Assembly (NCBI GenBank): GCA_023700785.1
Contig: JAMPYH010000001.1
Location: 1 to 28,899, forward strand
Origin: Candidatus Zixiibacteriota bacterium
GTDB taxonomy: Bacteria > Zixibacteria > MSB-5A5 > GN15 > FEB-12
Direction of reading: 5' to 3'
DNA length: 28,899 nucleotides
Part shown: positions 7,906 to 17,582 of the stretch, in pieces
Layout of the letters: every line of letters starts with the position of its first letter
Numbering within the stretch: the stretch's first letter is position 1
Program-made: the position numbers and the translations under genes
The notes under the pieces: model-generated
The model's database searches: none
Seen by the model: only the letters and a program-made list of their open reading frames with translations
What the model was told of the DNA's origin: nothing

Positions 7906-9156
7906 CTACTCGTAACGCAGTGCTTCGATCGGGTCAAGTCGGGCAGCTTTGATGGCTGGATACATGCCGGAGACCAGGCCCACCGAAACCGCCACGACAA
8001 ACCCGAGAACTATCCAAAAGACGGATATGGAGAGTGGAAAGTTGAGTAGAGAGTTGACCAAAAGACCCAGGCCGACACCAAACAGGACGCCAATGATCCC
8101 CCCGGTGCCGGAGAGGGTCATCGCTTCGGTCAGGAACTGGAGAATGATATTCGATCGTTTGGCGCCGATCGCCTTGCGAACGCCGATCTCGCGGGTACGC
8201 TCAGTCACGGAGACCAGCATGATATTCATCACTCCTATCCCCCCGACCATCAACCCGACAGAAGTGATGATGATCATCGCCAGGTATATGTACTGGGTGA
8301 TATTCCCAATAAACTCCTTGAACTGCTGCTGGGTCGAGAGGGCGAAGTTGTTGTCCTGATTGAACGGAACTTTGCGATAGACACGCAGCGCGTTGATGAT
8401 CTCCTCCTGAGCCTGTTCCATCTCCGTCAGCGAACGGGCCCGGGCGACCAGAAATAGTTCTTCCTCCCATGGGTGGATCTTCTCAAAGGTGGAAAGCGGC
8501 ATCAGCGCGGTTTCGTTCAGTTCATCATTGCCGAAGCTGGACTTCACTTTTTCCAGCACGCCGACCACTTCAAATACGTTGCCGTTGATCCTGATCTCCC
8601 GGCCGATGGGATTTTCGCTTTCGAACAGGACGTCGGCCATGTCGGCGCCCAGGACAGTTACCATGGTGCGAAACTGTTGATCCGATTCTGTCAGGAATCG
8701 TCCCTGGCTGACATTGCGGTTGTTCACTTTTAAAAAGTCCGGCCAGGTCCCCATAAGACGTGGGCGACTATATTTGCGATTCTTGTACTTGACGTCATTC
8801 CCCCCCTGCCGGAAGTAGTAATTCTGGGGGGAAACACCTTCGACCGTGGGGCAGTTAGCCAGGATCGCTTCCGCTTCGCCCACCGTTATCGGGTCGCGGT
8901 TGCGATCTTCTTCGGACAGATCCTCATGCTCGACGCTTGGGTGGAACTTGGTGATCCAGATGACATTTGAGCCCATCTGGTCGATCTCATTATTCATCTG
9001 GCCATTGAGCCCATTGATGATCGACGCCATGGCGATAACCGACGATACGCCGATCATCACGCCAAGAATGGTGAGAAACGCACGGAACTTATTGGCTCGA
9101 AGGGAACCGAAGGCCATCAAGACGGCGTCTCTGACTTCACTAAACGCTAAAAGCAT
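7906..9156 (-). CDS. MacB/YknZ-like ABC permease (FtsX family)
   Basis: 'RAFLTILGVMIGVSSVIAM', large periplasmic domain, 'GGIGVMNIMLVSVTERTREIGVRKAIGA', C-terminal 'AARLDPIEALRYE'. Confidence 0.92.
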   Translation of the reverse strand: MLLAFSEVRDAVLMAFGSLRANKFRAFLTILGVMIGVSSVIAMASIINGLNGQMNNEIDQMGSNVIWITKFHPSVEHEDLSEEDRNRDPITVGEAEAILANCPTVEGVSPQNYYFRQGGNDVKYKNRKYSRPRLMGTWPDFLKVNNRNVSQGRFLTESDQQFRTMVTVLGADMADVLFESENPIGREIRINGNVFEVVGVLEKVKSSFGNDELNETALMPLSTFEKIHPWEEELFLVARARSLTEMEQAQEEIINALRVYRKVPFNQDNNFALSTQQQFKEFIGNITQYIYLAMIIITSVGLMVGGIGVMNIMLVSVTERTREIGVRKAIGAKRSNIILQFLTEAMTLSGTGGIIGVLFGVGLGLLVNSLLNFPLSISVFWIVLGFVVAVSVGLVSGMYPAIKAARLDPIEALRYE

Positions 9157-9159
9157 GGA

Positions 9160-10380
9160 TCACTCGTAGCTCAACGCTTTTACCGGATCAAGGCGCGCGG
9201 CCTTCATCGCCGGGTAGATCCCAAAGAACAGGCCAACCCCGCTGGATATCCCCACACCAAGCGAAATGGCGAGGATCGACGGCGAAATATCCATGTCGAT
9301 CATCCCCACCAGGACCTTGGCAATCAGGAAGCCGGCGATTATGCCGATCAGACCTCCAGTCATCGTTACCAGCAGGGATTCAAACATAAACTGCACCAGG
9401 ATATGTTTTTGTTTGGCGCCAAGGGACTTGCGGATGCCGATCTCGCGAGTTCGCTCGGAAACCGAGACCATCATGATGTTCATCACTACGATCCCGCCGA
9501 CAATGAGAGAGACTGAGGAAATGCCCACTAATCCCATGCGAAGGGCGCGCGTTACCTGATTGAGGACATCAAGGATATTGTCAGCGGTCAGCATGTCGAA
9601 ATCGTCTTCGGCGTCGAAGGGAACATGGCGAGACGCGCGAAGCACTACGCGGACCTGATCCATCGCTCCCTGAAGCTGTTCGACCGACACGGCCTTGATC
9701 GAAATATTCAATCCTCGTCGCGGCTCGCCAAAGACCTGCGAGAAAACAGAGAGCGGGATCACCGCGAAATTGTCCTGGTTGTTGCCCAAGGTCGATCCCA
9801 TCTCTTCGGCGACGCCGATGACTGTAAACTTGCGGCCGGCAACGCTGATATCCTTGCCGATCGGGTCAACGCCTTCAAAGAGGTCCTTGCGAAGCTGTTC
9901 GCCAATATAGATGACCCGCCGCTTGTAGATGTCATCTTCAAATGAATGGAATCTTCCCTGTGCGACATTCAGATCGACTATATCAATGTAATTGGCGGTC
10001 GCACCGACGACGGTCACATTACGCAGCGCCTGGTCGCGATACTTGATGCGAGCCTCTTCAAACGCGCGCGGCGAGACCTTTTCGCACAGCGTACAGCCCT
10101 TCTCGATCTGTTCAACGTTCCTCATATTGAACGGCTTGCGCTTGACCTTCTCCCAGAACATCTCGTCGGAGGTGACTATCCCCATACGCATCACCATAAA
10201 GGTGGAAGGACCAAGGCGATTGAGATCTTCGGCGATCGCCGCCTGCATCCCCTCCAGGGCGGAGATAATGGTCATGACCGAAGTCACGCCAATGATCACA
10301 CCGAGCAAAGTCAGCCCCGAGCGGAGCTTATTCGCGCGAAGCGCGTCGAACGCGATCTTGAGGAGCGACCCGGTGATCAT
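9160..10380 (-). CDS. MacB/YknZ-like ABC permease (second paralog)
   Basis: 'RSGLTLLGVIIGVTSV', 'GGIVVMNIMMVSVSERTREIGIRKSLGA', 'AARLDPVKALSYE'. Confidence 0.92.
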   Translation of the reverse strand: MITGSLLKIAFDALRANKLRSGLTLLGVIIGVTSVMTIISALEGMQAAIAEDLNRLGPSTFMVMRMGIVTSDEMFWEKVKRKPFNMRNVEQIEKGCTLCEKVSPRAFEEARIKYRDQALRNVTVVGATANYIDIVDLNVAQGRFHSFEDDIYKRRVIYIGEQLRKDLFEGVDPIGKDISVAGRKFTVIGVAEEMGSTLGNNQDNFAVIPLSVFSQVFGEPRRGLNISIKAVSVEQLQGAMDQVRVVLRASRHVPFDAEDDFDMLTADNILDVLNQVTRALRMGLVGISSVSLIVGGIVVMNIMMVSVSERTREIGIRKSLGAKQKHILVQFMFESLLVTMTGGLIGIIAGFLIAKVLVGMIDMDISPSILAISLGVGISSGVGLFFGIYPAMKAARLDPVKALSYE

Positions 10381-11084
10381 TAGACAGCGCCGGCTTTCGC
10401 GCGCGCGCCGGCTCTGTCGCTCGCGATGTTGCCGTCCAGGATGGACAGCACGCGATGCGCCCGGGCGGCGATATCATGCTCGTGAGTGACCGTGATGATC
10501 GTGTTCCCCTGACCATGCAAGTGGTCAAAAAGATTCATGATGTCTTCGGAGGTCTTACTGTCGAGGTTCCCCGTCGGCTCGTCGGCAAGGATCAGCGACG
10601 GACTGTTGACTAACGCGCGGGCGATGGCGACACGTTGGCGTTGACCGCCGGAGAGCTCGTTCGGTTTGTGGTGCATGCGGTCGGTCAACTGCACTTTTTC
10701 GAGCGCCGTTTTCGCCTTATCGATCCGTTCCTTTGCCGGCGTACCGTTATAGATCAACGGTAGTTCGACATTATGCAAAGCGGTGGCGCGAGCCAATAGA
10801 TTAAACGTCTGGAAAACAAAGCCGATCTCGCGATTTCGGATGGTCGCCAGTTCGTCGTCGGACATTTTGCTGGCGAGCTTTCCGTTCAGGAAGTAGTCCC
10901 CTTCTGAAGGCGTGTCGAGACACCCGATCAGGTTCATCAGGGTCGATTTCCCGGAGCCCGACGGCCCCATGATAGCGACATACTCCCCCTTTTCTATCTG
11001 GATGGTCACACCGCGCAGAGCATGAACTGTCTCCGAGCCCATGATGTAGGACTTCCAAAGATTACGAGTCTCAATTAACGCCAT
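10380..11084 (-). CDS. ABC transporter ATP-binding protein (LolD/YknY/MacB-NBD type)
   Basis: Walker [36 protein letters not shown]. Likely start MALIETR at 11084, just after the MFP stop. Confidence 0.93.
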   Translation of the reverse strand: MALIETRNLWKSYIMGSETVHALRGVTIQIEKGEYVAIMGPSGSGKSTLMNLIGCLDTPSEGDYFLNGKLASKMSDDELATIRNREIGFVFQTFNLLARATALHNVELPLIYNGTPAKERIDKAKTALEKVQLTDRMHHKPNELSGGQRQRVAIARALVNSPSLILADEPTGNLDSKTSEDIMNLFDHLHGQGNTIITVTHEHDIAARAHRVLSILDGNIASDRAGARAKAGAV

Positions 11085-11085
11085 C

Positions 11086-12396
11086 TTAGGACTTGCCTTC
11101 TTTCCCGTCGCCGGATTCATGGATGACTTTTACCAGATCGCCATCCTTGATCGTCCGCAGCACCCGATAGGGCCCGGAGATAACAGAGTCGCCCACTTGC
11201 AGACCCGAGGTGACCTCGATCTGCTTCTGGTCGGCTATGCCGGTCATTATCTCCACAAACTTCGCCTTCCCCTCTTTTATCACAAATACTCCCTTAAGTT
11301 CTTTCTTTTCTTCGTTTGCTTTGGTCGTCGTGTCGCCGGTGGTTTCCGCGGCGTGAACGGTATTGACCCCGCCCGAACCGGTTTCCTGCGCCTGACGCGC
11401 CGCGTTAAGCGAATCCATATCAAACGAGCGAACGACAACCGCCGCGTACGGCACGGTCGAGACTTCGTCACGACTGGCTGTGGTGATATCTACGGTCGCG
11501 GACATCCCGGGGCGGACCTTTACGTCGGTTCCCTGAAAGACAACGGTCACCTTGAAATTGGTTGATTGATCTTGCGAGCCAAGCCCCTCAATGATCGCCG
11601 TATTACCGATCTCGACCACTTCGCCGGGGAACGTGGTGTCCGGAAAGGCGTCAACCGAGATCTCAGCTCGTTGCCCCAGATCCACTTTGGCGACCTCGGT
11701 CTCGTCAACTTCGACCTCGACCTCAAAGATATTCAAATTGGAGATCGTGAGCAGCGTTTTGCCCTGAGTGAACGCGGTCTGCGCGGCCGCGATCTCGCCA
11801 ACCTCAACATCCACGAATGTGATGATGCCGTTCATCGGTGAGGATATTCTGGTCTTCTTGAGATTATCCTGCGACTTCTCGAAACGAGCCTGGGTCTGCT
11901 TGGCGGACGCCGAAGTCGCTTCATAGGAAGATTTGGCGGCTTCAAAGGCAAAGCGGGCATTGTCGAAGTCCGTCTCCGAACTCAATTTGCCCTCGAAGAG
12001 TTGCTTCTGGCGATTGAACTCGCGCTCCGCCTGCTCAAGGTCAGTCTTGGCGCCGGTCATTCTGGCGCTGATCTCATTCAGAGAGAAGCGGGCCTGGTCA
12101 AGGTCGGATTTCGCCTGGATCGTGTCGATCAAAACAAGGAGGTCGCCGGCCCGCACGGTGTCTCCTTCCTTCACCGGGAGCGCGATCACTTTGCCGCTGA
12201 CCTCAGCGGTAATATTCACCTTGCTCTTTGGCTGAATACGACCCGACGCCGAGACGGTCTCAGTCAGATCCTGCCGGGCGACCGTCTGCGCGTTAACTTC
12301 GGTCTTCTGCTTGGAATCGGAAGTGAAGTTGAGCACGATAATGGCGCCCACGATCACGACACCGCCGATGATCAGCCAGAGTTTCTTCTTGTTCAT
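11086..12396 (-). CDS. Efflux periplasmic adaptor (MacA/YknX-like membrane fusion protein)
   Basis: N-terminal membrane anchor, 'VSASGRIQP...[22 protein letters not shown]', coiled coil, '[10 protein letters not shown]', 'GLQVGDSVI'. Confidence 0.92.
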   Translation of the reverse strand: MNKKKLWLIIGGVVIVGAIIVLNFTSDSKQKTEVNAQTVARQDLTETVSASGRIQPKSKVNITAEVSGKVIALPVKEGDTVRAGDLLVLIDTIQAKSDLDQARFSLNEISARMTGAKTDLEQAEREFNRQKQLFEGKLSSETDFDNARFAFEAAKSSYEATSASAKQTQARFEKSQDNLKKTRISSPMNGIITFVDVEVGEIAAAQTAFTQGKTLLTISNLNIFEVEVEVDETEVAKVDLGQRAEISVDAFPDTTFPGEVVEIGNTAIIEGLGSQDQSTNFKVTVVFQGTDVKVRPGMSATVDITTASRDEVSTVPYAAVVVRSFDMDSLNAARQAQETGSGGVNTVHAAETTGDTTTKANEEKKELKGVFVIKEGKAKFVEIMTGIADQKQIEVTSGLQVGDSVISGPYRVLRTIKDGDLVKVIHESGDGKEGKS

Positions 12397-12425
12397 TGTA
12401 TTAGCCTTTGCCTGCCCCGATCGAG

Positions 12426-13742
12426 TTACATCTTGCCCATGGAGTTCTCAAGTCTCGCAACCGACAGATTGAGATCGAAATCCGCCTGTATGAGCGACAC
12501 CTGCGCCTGCTTCAACGAGACTTGCGCGTTCAGCAGGTCGAGGATCGTCGCGGCGCCCAGATTATATTTTTCCTGCGTGATCTTGAGATCTTCAGTCGCG
12601 GCTTCGACGTTCTCACCGGATACGCGCTTCTGCTCCCGAAGCTGTTCAAGCTCAAGATAGGTGGCTTTGATCTCGCTTGAAGTCAGATTGCGCTGGTCGT
12701 TGGCGGCCGCACGCGCGTTGTTAAACGACACGCGGCTGCTGGTGACATTCCGCTCCCGCTGGAAACCGTCAAAAATGTTCCACGAGAGCGTGACGCCGTA
12801 GGTCATGGCGGTCCCTGATGACCAGGTATCATCGGCTCCCCAATCCTTGCCATAGCCATACGAGAAGAGCGGGCTGACCTTGGGGAGATAATCCGACTTC
12901 GCGTTAGTAAAGCGGTAGCGGGCCGCCTGGATCGCCTGCTCGGCTGAAAGGACACTGGGGCTGTGGGTCAACCCAAACTGCAGCGCCTCATCCAATGTGC
13001 CGGTGTATTCGCGGACAATGTACTCGGTCGAGAACTGATGCTCCTGCGAGGGATCAAGACCGATAGTGTAGGCCAGCGATGCCTTGGTGCTGATGACCGA
13101 GTTTTTTGCCTGCAACAGGTTTAGTTGGTCATTGCCATACTGGACGCGCTGCTTGAGGACGTCTGATTTGGCGGCGGAGCCAAGTTCAAAGCGGGACTGG
13201 ATCAGTTTAAGCTGTTCTTCGGAGCGCTTAACCGCCTCTTCCTGCACACCCACATTCTGCTCGGCGGCGAGGTAAGCGTAATATCGCGTTTTGACCGAGA
13301 GGATCATATCCTGTTCAGAACCGATCACGTCCAGTTTGGCGATCGCCGCTTCTTCTCGAGAAGCCAGGTAGTTGAACACGGCGTCAGGGAGCGTGAAACT
13401 GATTTGGCCGCCAAAGTCAAGCGACTTGCTCGTCACGGTTTCGTCAGGGTATTCAACTTCCACAAGACTTCCGCTCGTGTCGAGGACTTCAGCCTTTTGG
13501 CTCGTGTATTTCGTCTTATACCAATCATACGAGGCGTCCACGCGAGGCAGAAACGCGCCCAGCGCGGCCCGTTTGCCGGCGTTTGCCAGGTCCGCCTGTC
13601 CGCGCGCGGCGATGATCGCGGCGCGATTCTTGAGCGCCATCTCTATGGCATCATCGAGAGTCAGAACGGCTGCCTGCGCCGCGATTCCCAATATCAGCAC
13701 CGCCATCAGCGCGGTGACAATCCCTTGGTAAAGCAACTTCAT
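12426..13742 (-). CDS. TolC family outer membrane efflux protein
   Basis: Signal peptide, 'LTLDDAIEMALKN', 'RFELGSAAKSDVL', 'YLPKVS', 'KYNLGAATILDLLNAQ'. Confidence 0.92.
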   Translation of the reverse strand: MKLLYQGIVTALMAVLILGIAAQAAVLTLDDAIEMALKNRAAIIAARGQADLANAGKRAALGAFLPRVDASYDWYKTKYTSQKAEVLDTSGSLVEVEYPDETVTSKSLDFGGQISFTLPDAVFNYLASREEAAIAKLDVIGSEQDMILSVKTRYYAYLAAEQNVGVQEEAVKRSEEQLKLIQSRFELGSAAKSDVLKQRVQYGNDQLNLLQAKNSVISTKASLAYTIGLDPSQEHQFSTEYIVREYTGTLDEALQFGLTHSPSVLSAEQAIQAARYRFTNAKSDYLPKVSPLFSYGYGKDWGADDTWSSGTAMTYGVTLSWNIFDGFQRERNVTSSRVSFNNARAAANDQRNLTSSEIKATYLELEQLREQKRVSGENVEAATEDLKITQEKYNLGAATILDLLNAQVSLKQAQVSLIQADFDLNLSVARLENSMGKM

Positions 13743-13762
13743 CTATTTCTCCTCATGGACCA

Positions 13763-14476
13763 TTAAAAAATGAGCGATGACAATACATGGATCAGCGAGA
13801 TCAATCCGACGGACAGGAGTGAGATCGTCAATCCCTTGTTCCTGTCCACGCCAAAGGTGATCGCGCTCCCGATACCGAGCACAATGACCTCCCAGATATG
13901 GAAGACGCTGATCTTTGACAATAATATGTACAGTGGATCTTCCACTCCGCGGCCGGCAACCAGGACTCCGAGCGAAAAGCTCGCGGTGAACTCTCCTTTG
14001 GCCAGCAACATCGGAAGAAGTACGATCATGCCGACCACAAACAGAAAATTGCAGTAGAGAGCCACGGACAGGATCTGGCGATAATTCGCGCGGCCGGCAA
14101 AAACGAAGTTCCCCCAAAAGAGCGCCAGCGCGGCGGTGATGAGCGGCAGAATGGTCATACTAATGATGCCGCCGCCAATGGTCCACGGTATCGCGAACGC
14201 TTTCATCCGTTCCTCGGTCAAGCCTGGGTTGGCTTCCATTTGCTCCTGGAACTGCGGGCTGTGCTTTTGGAGCTCAAAGATCATGTCCGCCGTGAGCACA
14301 AAAAAGACCAGGCAGAGGCTCGCGATCGCGATCATCGGCACCAGTATCCTGGGGCTGCGCGCCAACTCGGTGAAAAATGAGGTTGGTTTGGCGAATACTT
14401 CCCACAGACCACGGATAGACAGCCCTTTGCTGCTTGCGGCAACAGAGGCGGCTTGAACGAGGTCACTCTCCGGCAT
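13763..14476 (-). CDS. Yip1 family membrane protein (YknW-like)
   Basis: 'LWEVFAKPTSFFTELARSP' opening plus several TM segments; first gene before TolC/MFP/ABC. Start MPESDL at 14476 has GAGGGAG upstream. Confidence 0.75.
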   Translation of the reverse strand: MPESDLVQAASVAASSKGLSIRGLWEVFAKPTSFFTELARSPRILVPMIAIASLCLVFFVLTADMIFELQKHSPQFQEQMEANPGLTEERMKAFAIPWTIGGGIISMTILPLITAALALFWGNFVFAGRANYRQILSVALYCNFLFVVGMIVLLPMLLAKGEFTASFSLGVLVAGRGVEDPLYILLSKISVFHIWEVIVLGIGSAITFGVDRNKGLTISLLSVGLISLIHVLSSLIF

Positions 14477-14501
14477 AGTAGTCTCCCTCATGGCTTTGAT
14501 A

Positions 14502-14527
14502 AACGAATAGTTTATACAAAAGTTTCA
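14502..14527 (-). promoter_or_regulatory. Putative ECF (SigW-like) promoter TGAAAC-N16-CGTT
   Basis: The minus strand reads TGAAAC TTTTGTATAAACTATT CGTTT, ending about 25 bp upstream of the Yip1 ATG. Confidence 0.55.
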
Positions 14528-14582
14528 GTGCATGTGATACAGAGTTGAATACTCCGGGGATAGATTAATATTCAAATCAAAG

Positions 14583-14612
14583 TAAAACGGGCCACCAGAG
14601 CAAGTGGCCCGT
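14583..14612 (-). terminator. Rho-independent terminator downstream of trxB
   Basis: Minus strand ACGGGCCAC-TTGCTCTG-GTGGCCCGT followed by TTTACT. Confidence 0.75.
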
Positions 14613-14656
14613 GACATTATTTGACGCTGTTCAGAACAATAGGGGAACGAAAGCGA

Positions 14657-15610
14657 TCAGACCCTCTGAGCGTGCCTATCCTCAAGCGCCTCGATATATT
14701 TTTCCGCCGCTACGGCCGCTGTTGTCCCATCGCCGACCGCGTTGGTCACCTGGCGCACCAGTTGCGAACGGACATCGCCGCACGCGAAGATACCCGGCAC
14801 GGAGGTTTCCATTCGATCGTTGGTCACAATATACCCGCCCTCATCCTTTTTGAGCGGTTCTCTTACCAGATTGGAATTAGGACGGAATCCGACGTATATG
14901 AACAGGGCGCCGACATCAAGGGTCCACTTGGCGCCGGTTTTGAGGTTTTTCAAAGAGAGATTCTTGATGACACCGCCGTCGCCGTTGACGGTCTCGACCG
15001 TGGTATCAAAGATGAACTCGATCTTGGGATTCGCGAAAGCCCGCTGCTGGATGATCTTTTGAGCGCGAAGCTCGTCGCGACGGTGGATGATATAGACTTT
15101 GGAACCGTATTTAGTGAGGTACGCGCCTTCCTCGACCGCGGCGTCGCCGCCGCCTACTACCGCGATCACTTTGTCACGGAAAAACGCTCCATCGCAAATG
15201 GCGCAATACGAGACGCCGCGACCGCCGTACTCCTGCTCACCAGGGATACCAAGTTTCACCGGCGAGCCGCCGGTGGAAAGAATGATCGCCTTGGCCCGGT
15301 AGAGGTCGCCCGAAGCACACCTGGCGATCCGGTGATCTCCGTCGGTATAAACTTCGACCACTTCTTCCATCTCGACCTCAAGGCCGAATTTCTTGGCATG
15401 GTCGGTGAATTTCTGCCCCAGCTCCGCGCCGGAAATATGTTCAAAACCGAGGTAATCTTCGACCTCACCGGTCAACGCGATCTGGCCGCCGGGAAGGAAC
15501 TTCTCAAGACAGACGGTCTTGCGTCGAGCGCGAGCTGAGTACATACCGGCGCACAGCCCGCCCGGGCCGCCACCCACGACAATTACCTCATAATCTTTGA
15601 TCTGCGACAT
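14657..15610 (-). CDS. trxB: Thioredoxin-disulfide reductase
   Basis: FAD motif VGGGPGG, redox pair SYCAICDG, NADPH motif VGGGDAAVEEG, 'TSVPGIFACGDV'. Confidence 0.95.
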   Translation of the reverse strand: MSQIKDYEVIVVGGGPGGLCAGMYSARARRKTVCLEKFLPGGQIALTGEVEDYLGFEHISGAELGQKFTDHAKKFGLEVEMEEVVEVYTDGDHRIARCASGDLYRAKAIILSTGGSPVKLGIPGEQEYGGRGVSYCAICDGAFFRDKVIAVVGGGDAAVEEGAYLTKYGSKVYIIHRRDELRAQKIIQQRAFANPKIEFIFDTTVETVNGDGGVIKNLSLKNLKTGAKWTLDVGALFIYVGFRPNSNLVREPLKKDEGGYIVTNDRMETSVPGIFACGDVRSQLVRQVTNAVGDGTTAAVAAEKYIEALEDRHAQRV

Positions 15611-15651
15611 TCAATCGAATCCTTCGTTCAAACTATTGCGGCGTGACCGAA

Positions 15652-16194
15652 CTACCAGTCGACGCCCTTTTGCGCAAGTATCCCCTTCTGATAGGGGTGC
15701 TTGATCTCTTTCATTTCCGTGACCAGATCGGCCTTCTCCTTGAGCCAATCGGTCGCTCCCCGACCGGTAATAACCAAACTCAGTTCCGAGGGCCTTGCCG
15801 CCACTATCTCTTCAAGTTCTTCCGGCGTCACCAGGCCGAGCGAGCAGGCGACATTGAGCTCGTCAAGGATAACCAGCTGGTATTTGCCGGATTTGATCTT
15901 TTCGAGCGCCAGAGCCAGACCGTTCTTCGCCGCCTCGCGATGTTCATCAAACGACTTGTTGTCGTCGATGATGCCCACAAATCCTTCCCCAATAACATGA
16001 AGTTCAACATTAGGTTCAAGGCGTTTTAACCCCTTGAGCTCGCCGTACTTCCAGCTCCCCTTGACAAACTGTATCAGGCAGATGTTCCAATTATAGCCGA
16101 CCGCCCTGACGCACATCCCCAGTGCCGCGGTGGTTTTCCCTTTGCCGTCCCCGGTGTAGACGATCAACAGCCCGGTAGGAGAGTCTTTTTGCAT
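15652..16194 (-). CDS. cobO: Cob(I)yrinic acid a,c-diamide adenosyltransferase (CobO/BtuR type)
   Basis: 'VYTGDGKGKTTAALG', 'QFVKGSW', 'LVILDEL', 'ITGR', 'ADLVTEMKEIKHPY'. Confidence 0.92.
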   Translation of the reverse strand: MQKDSPTGLLIVYTGDGKGKTTAALGMCVRAVGYNWNICLIQFVKGSWKYGELKGLKRLEPNVELHVIGEGFVGIIDDNKSFDEHREAAKNGLALALEKIKSGKYQLVILDELNVACSLGLVTPEELEEIVAARPSELSLVITGRGATDWLKEKADLVTEMKEIKHPYQKGILAQKGVDW

Positions 16195-16295
16195 AAATTA
16201 CCTTAGAACTAGTGAATTAAGGGGAAATCGGGCTTTCGGGAAAGCACTTTTTGGACTCAAGGTACTATTTGGGATACTTGGGATTACCTATCTTT

Positions 16296-16313
16296 TTGTG
16301 AAAAAAGTAACAA
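16296..16313. promoter_or_regulatory. Rex/CRP-like operator
   Basis: TTGTGAA-AAAA-GTAACAA against the Rex consensus TTGTGAA-N4-TTCACAA; it lies in the divergent cobO/rrf2 intergenic region. Confidence 0.5.
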
Positions 16314-16319
16314 AAGTTG

Positions 16320-16348
16320 TTGACTTAAAGGTCTATTTTCTGTACCAT
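16320..16348 (+). promoter_or_regulatory. Putative sigma70 promoter of the Rrf2 gene
   Basis: TTGACT-N17-TACCAT. Confidence 0.6.
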
Positions 16349-16440
16349 TCCCGATATAAGGAGATAAACTGTCGGAAAAGTAGCTTATCCGGGCAGTTTG
16401 CTCGTCGTACATCAATAGCCCTTGGGCAAGGTAGGTTACT

Positions 16441-16872
16441 ATGCAGTTCACCAAGGCGGAAGAGTACGGAATGTTCGGCGTACTCTACTTGGCTGAGAAA
16501 GATCGCCAGATCGTCACTCCCCTGTCGGAGATATCCGAGTCTCAGAATATACCGGAGAAGTTTCTGGCCAAGATCTTTCAGTCGCTCTCGAAATCCGGGA
16601 TCGTGCGCTCCCACCGGGGCGTACGGGGCGGCTTCACGCTGGCTCGCGATCCCAAGGAGATCACCATCAAGGAGGTGCTGGAGACTATCCAGGGGCCGTA
16701 CCATTTGATGAAGTGTATCAAGGACATCCGGAACTGTGACCGAAACGGGCACCACTTCTGCGCATTACGGGAGGTCGTGATGATCGCCGAGCGGCAATTG
16801 GTCTCGGTTTTTGAGCAGTACACGGTGGCCGACCTCATTGAATGGCAGCGCAGTAAGGCGGTCAGAGGGTAG
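16441..16872 (+). CDS. Rrf2 family transcriptional regulator, probably Fe-S binding
   Basis: Winged HTH 'IPEKFLAKIFQSLSKSGIVRSHRGVRGGFTLARDPKEIT' and three C-terminal Cys (C-X6-C-X7-C). Confidence 0.92.
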   Translation: MQFTKAEEYGMFGVLYLAEKDRQIVTPLSEISESQNIPEKFLAKIFQSLSKSGIVRSHRGVRGGFTLARDPKEITIKEVLETIQGPYHLMKCIKDIRNCDRNGHHFCALREVVMIAERQLVSVFEQYTVADLIEWQRSKAVRG

Positions 16873-16904
16873 GATAATTTTTGTCTGGAATGGGCGTAAT
16901 TTAG

Positions 16905-16933
16905 TTTACTTTGCGAAAAAATTCACGTATAAT
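16905..16933 (+). promoter_or_regulatory. Putative sigma70 promoter of dcd(-nifJ) with a Rex/CRP-like box in the spacer
   Basis: TTTACT-N17-TATAAT; TTGCGAA-AAAA-TTCACGT occupies 16911-16928. Confidence 0.6.
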
Positions 16934-16971
16934 CGAGGGAACGTGGATTTTTTAGCAGAGGATTGCGTCTC

Positions 16972-17526
16972 ATGCCGGTAAAATCTGATCGCTGGATCAT
17001 TGAGATGGCGAAAAACCATCAAATGATCGCTCCTTTTGCCGAAAGCCAGGTGCGGACCGGCATCAGCTTCGGGGTCTCTTCGTACGGTTACGACTTCAGT
17101 CTGGCCGACGAATTCAAGATGTTCGACGCCGACGCGACTCAGGCGATCGACCCCAAGGTCGCCGGCTCGGCACAGTTTGTCGATATCAAGGCAGACTCGG
17201 TCCTCCTCCCCGCCAACTCCTTCATGCTGGCCCGCTCGAAAGAGTATTTCAAGATCCCCCGGAAAGTGATCACGATCTGCTTCGGCAAATCGACCTACGC
17301 GCGTTCCGGCGTGATTGTGAATGTAACGCCGTTCGAGCCGGAATGGGAAGGATACGCGACGGTCAGCCTGGCAAATACCGCCCCTCGGCCGGTTCGTATC
17401 TATGCCAATGAAGGAATAGCGCAGATACTGTTCATTGAGTCGGATGAAGAGTGCCAGACCTCGTACGGGGATAAAAAGGGAAAGTACCAGGCGCAAAAGG
17501 ACATTACGTTATCGAAGATCGATTAG
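16972..17526 (+). CDS. dcd: dCTP deaminase
   Basis: MPVKSDRWI start with GAGGA upstream; '[10 protein letters not shown]', 'GKSTYARSG', '[11 protein letters not shown]', 'YANEGIAQ', 'KGKYQ'. Confidence 0.95.
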   Translation: MPVKSDRWIIEMAKNHQMIAPFAESQVRTGISFGVSSYGYDFSLADEFKMFDADATQAIDPKVAGSAQFVDIKADSVLLPANSFMLARSKEYFKIPRKVITICFGKSTYARSGVIVNVTPFEPEWEGYATVSLANTAPRPVRIYANEGIAQILFIESDEECQTSYGDKKGKYQAQKDITLSKID

Positions 17527-17582
17527 GCGCCGATAACATTGTGGATGTTTCAGGCGAAGTATAGAGAATCAGGAGTTCGGTT

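Noticed and set aside
16195-16440. Cobalamin riboswitch upstream of cobO
   Set aside because: I could not find the conserved elements (AGGGAA...GGTG, GCCACTG, B12 box) on the minus strand.
17530-17582. Rex-like site or separate strong promoter directly upstream of nifJ
   Set aside because: TTGTGGA has no matching right half-site at N4 spacing, and the TTGTGG/TATAGA spacing is only 15 bp.
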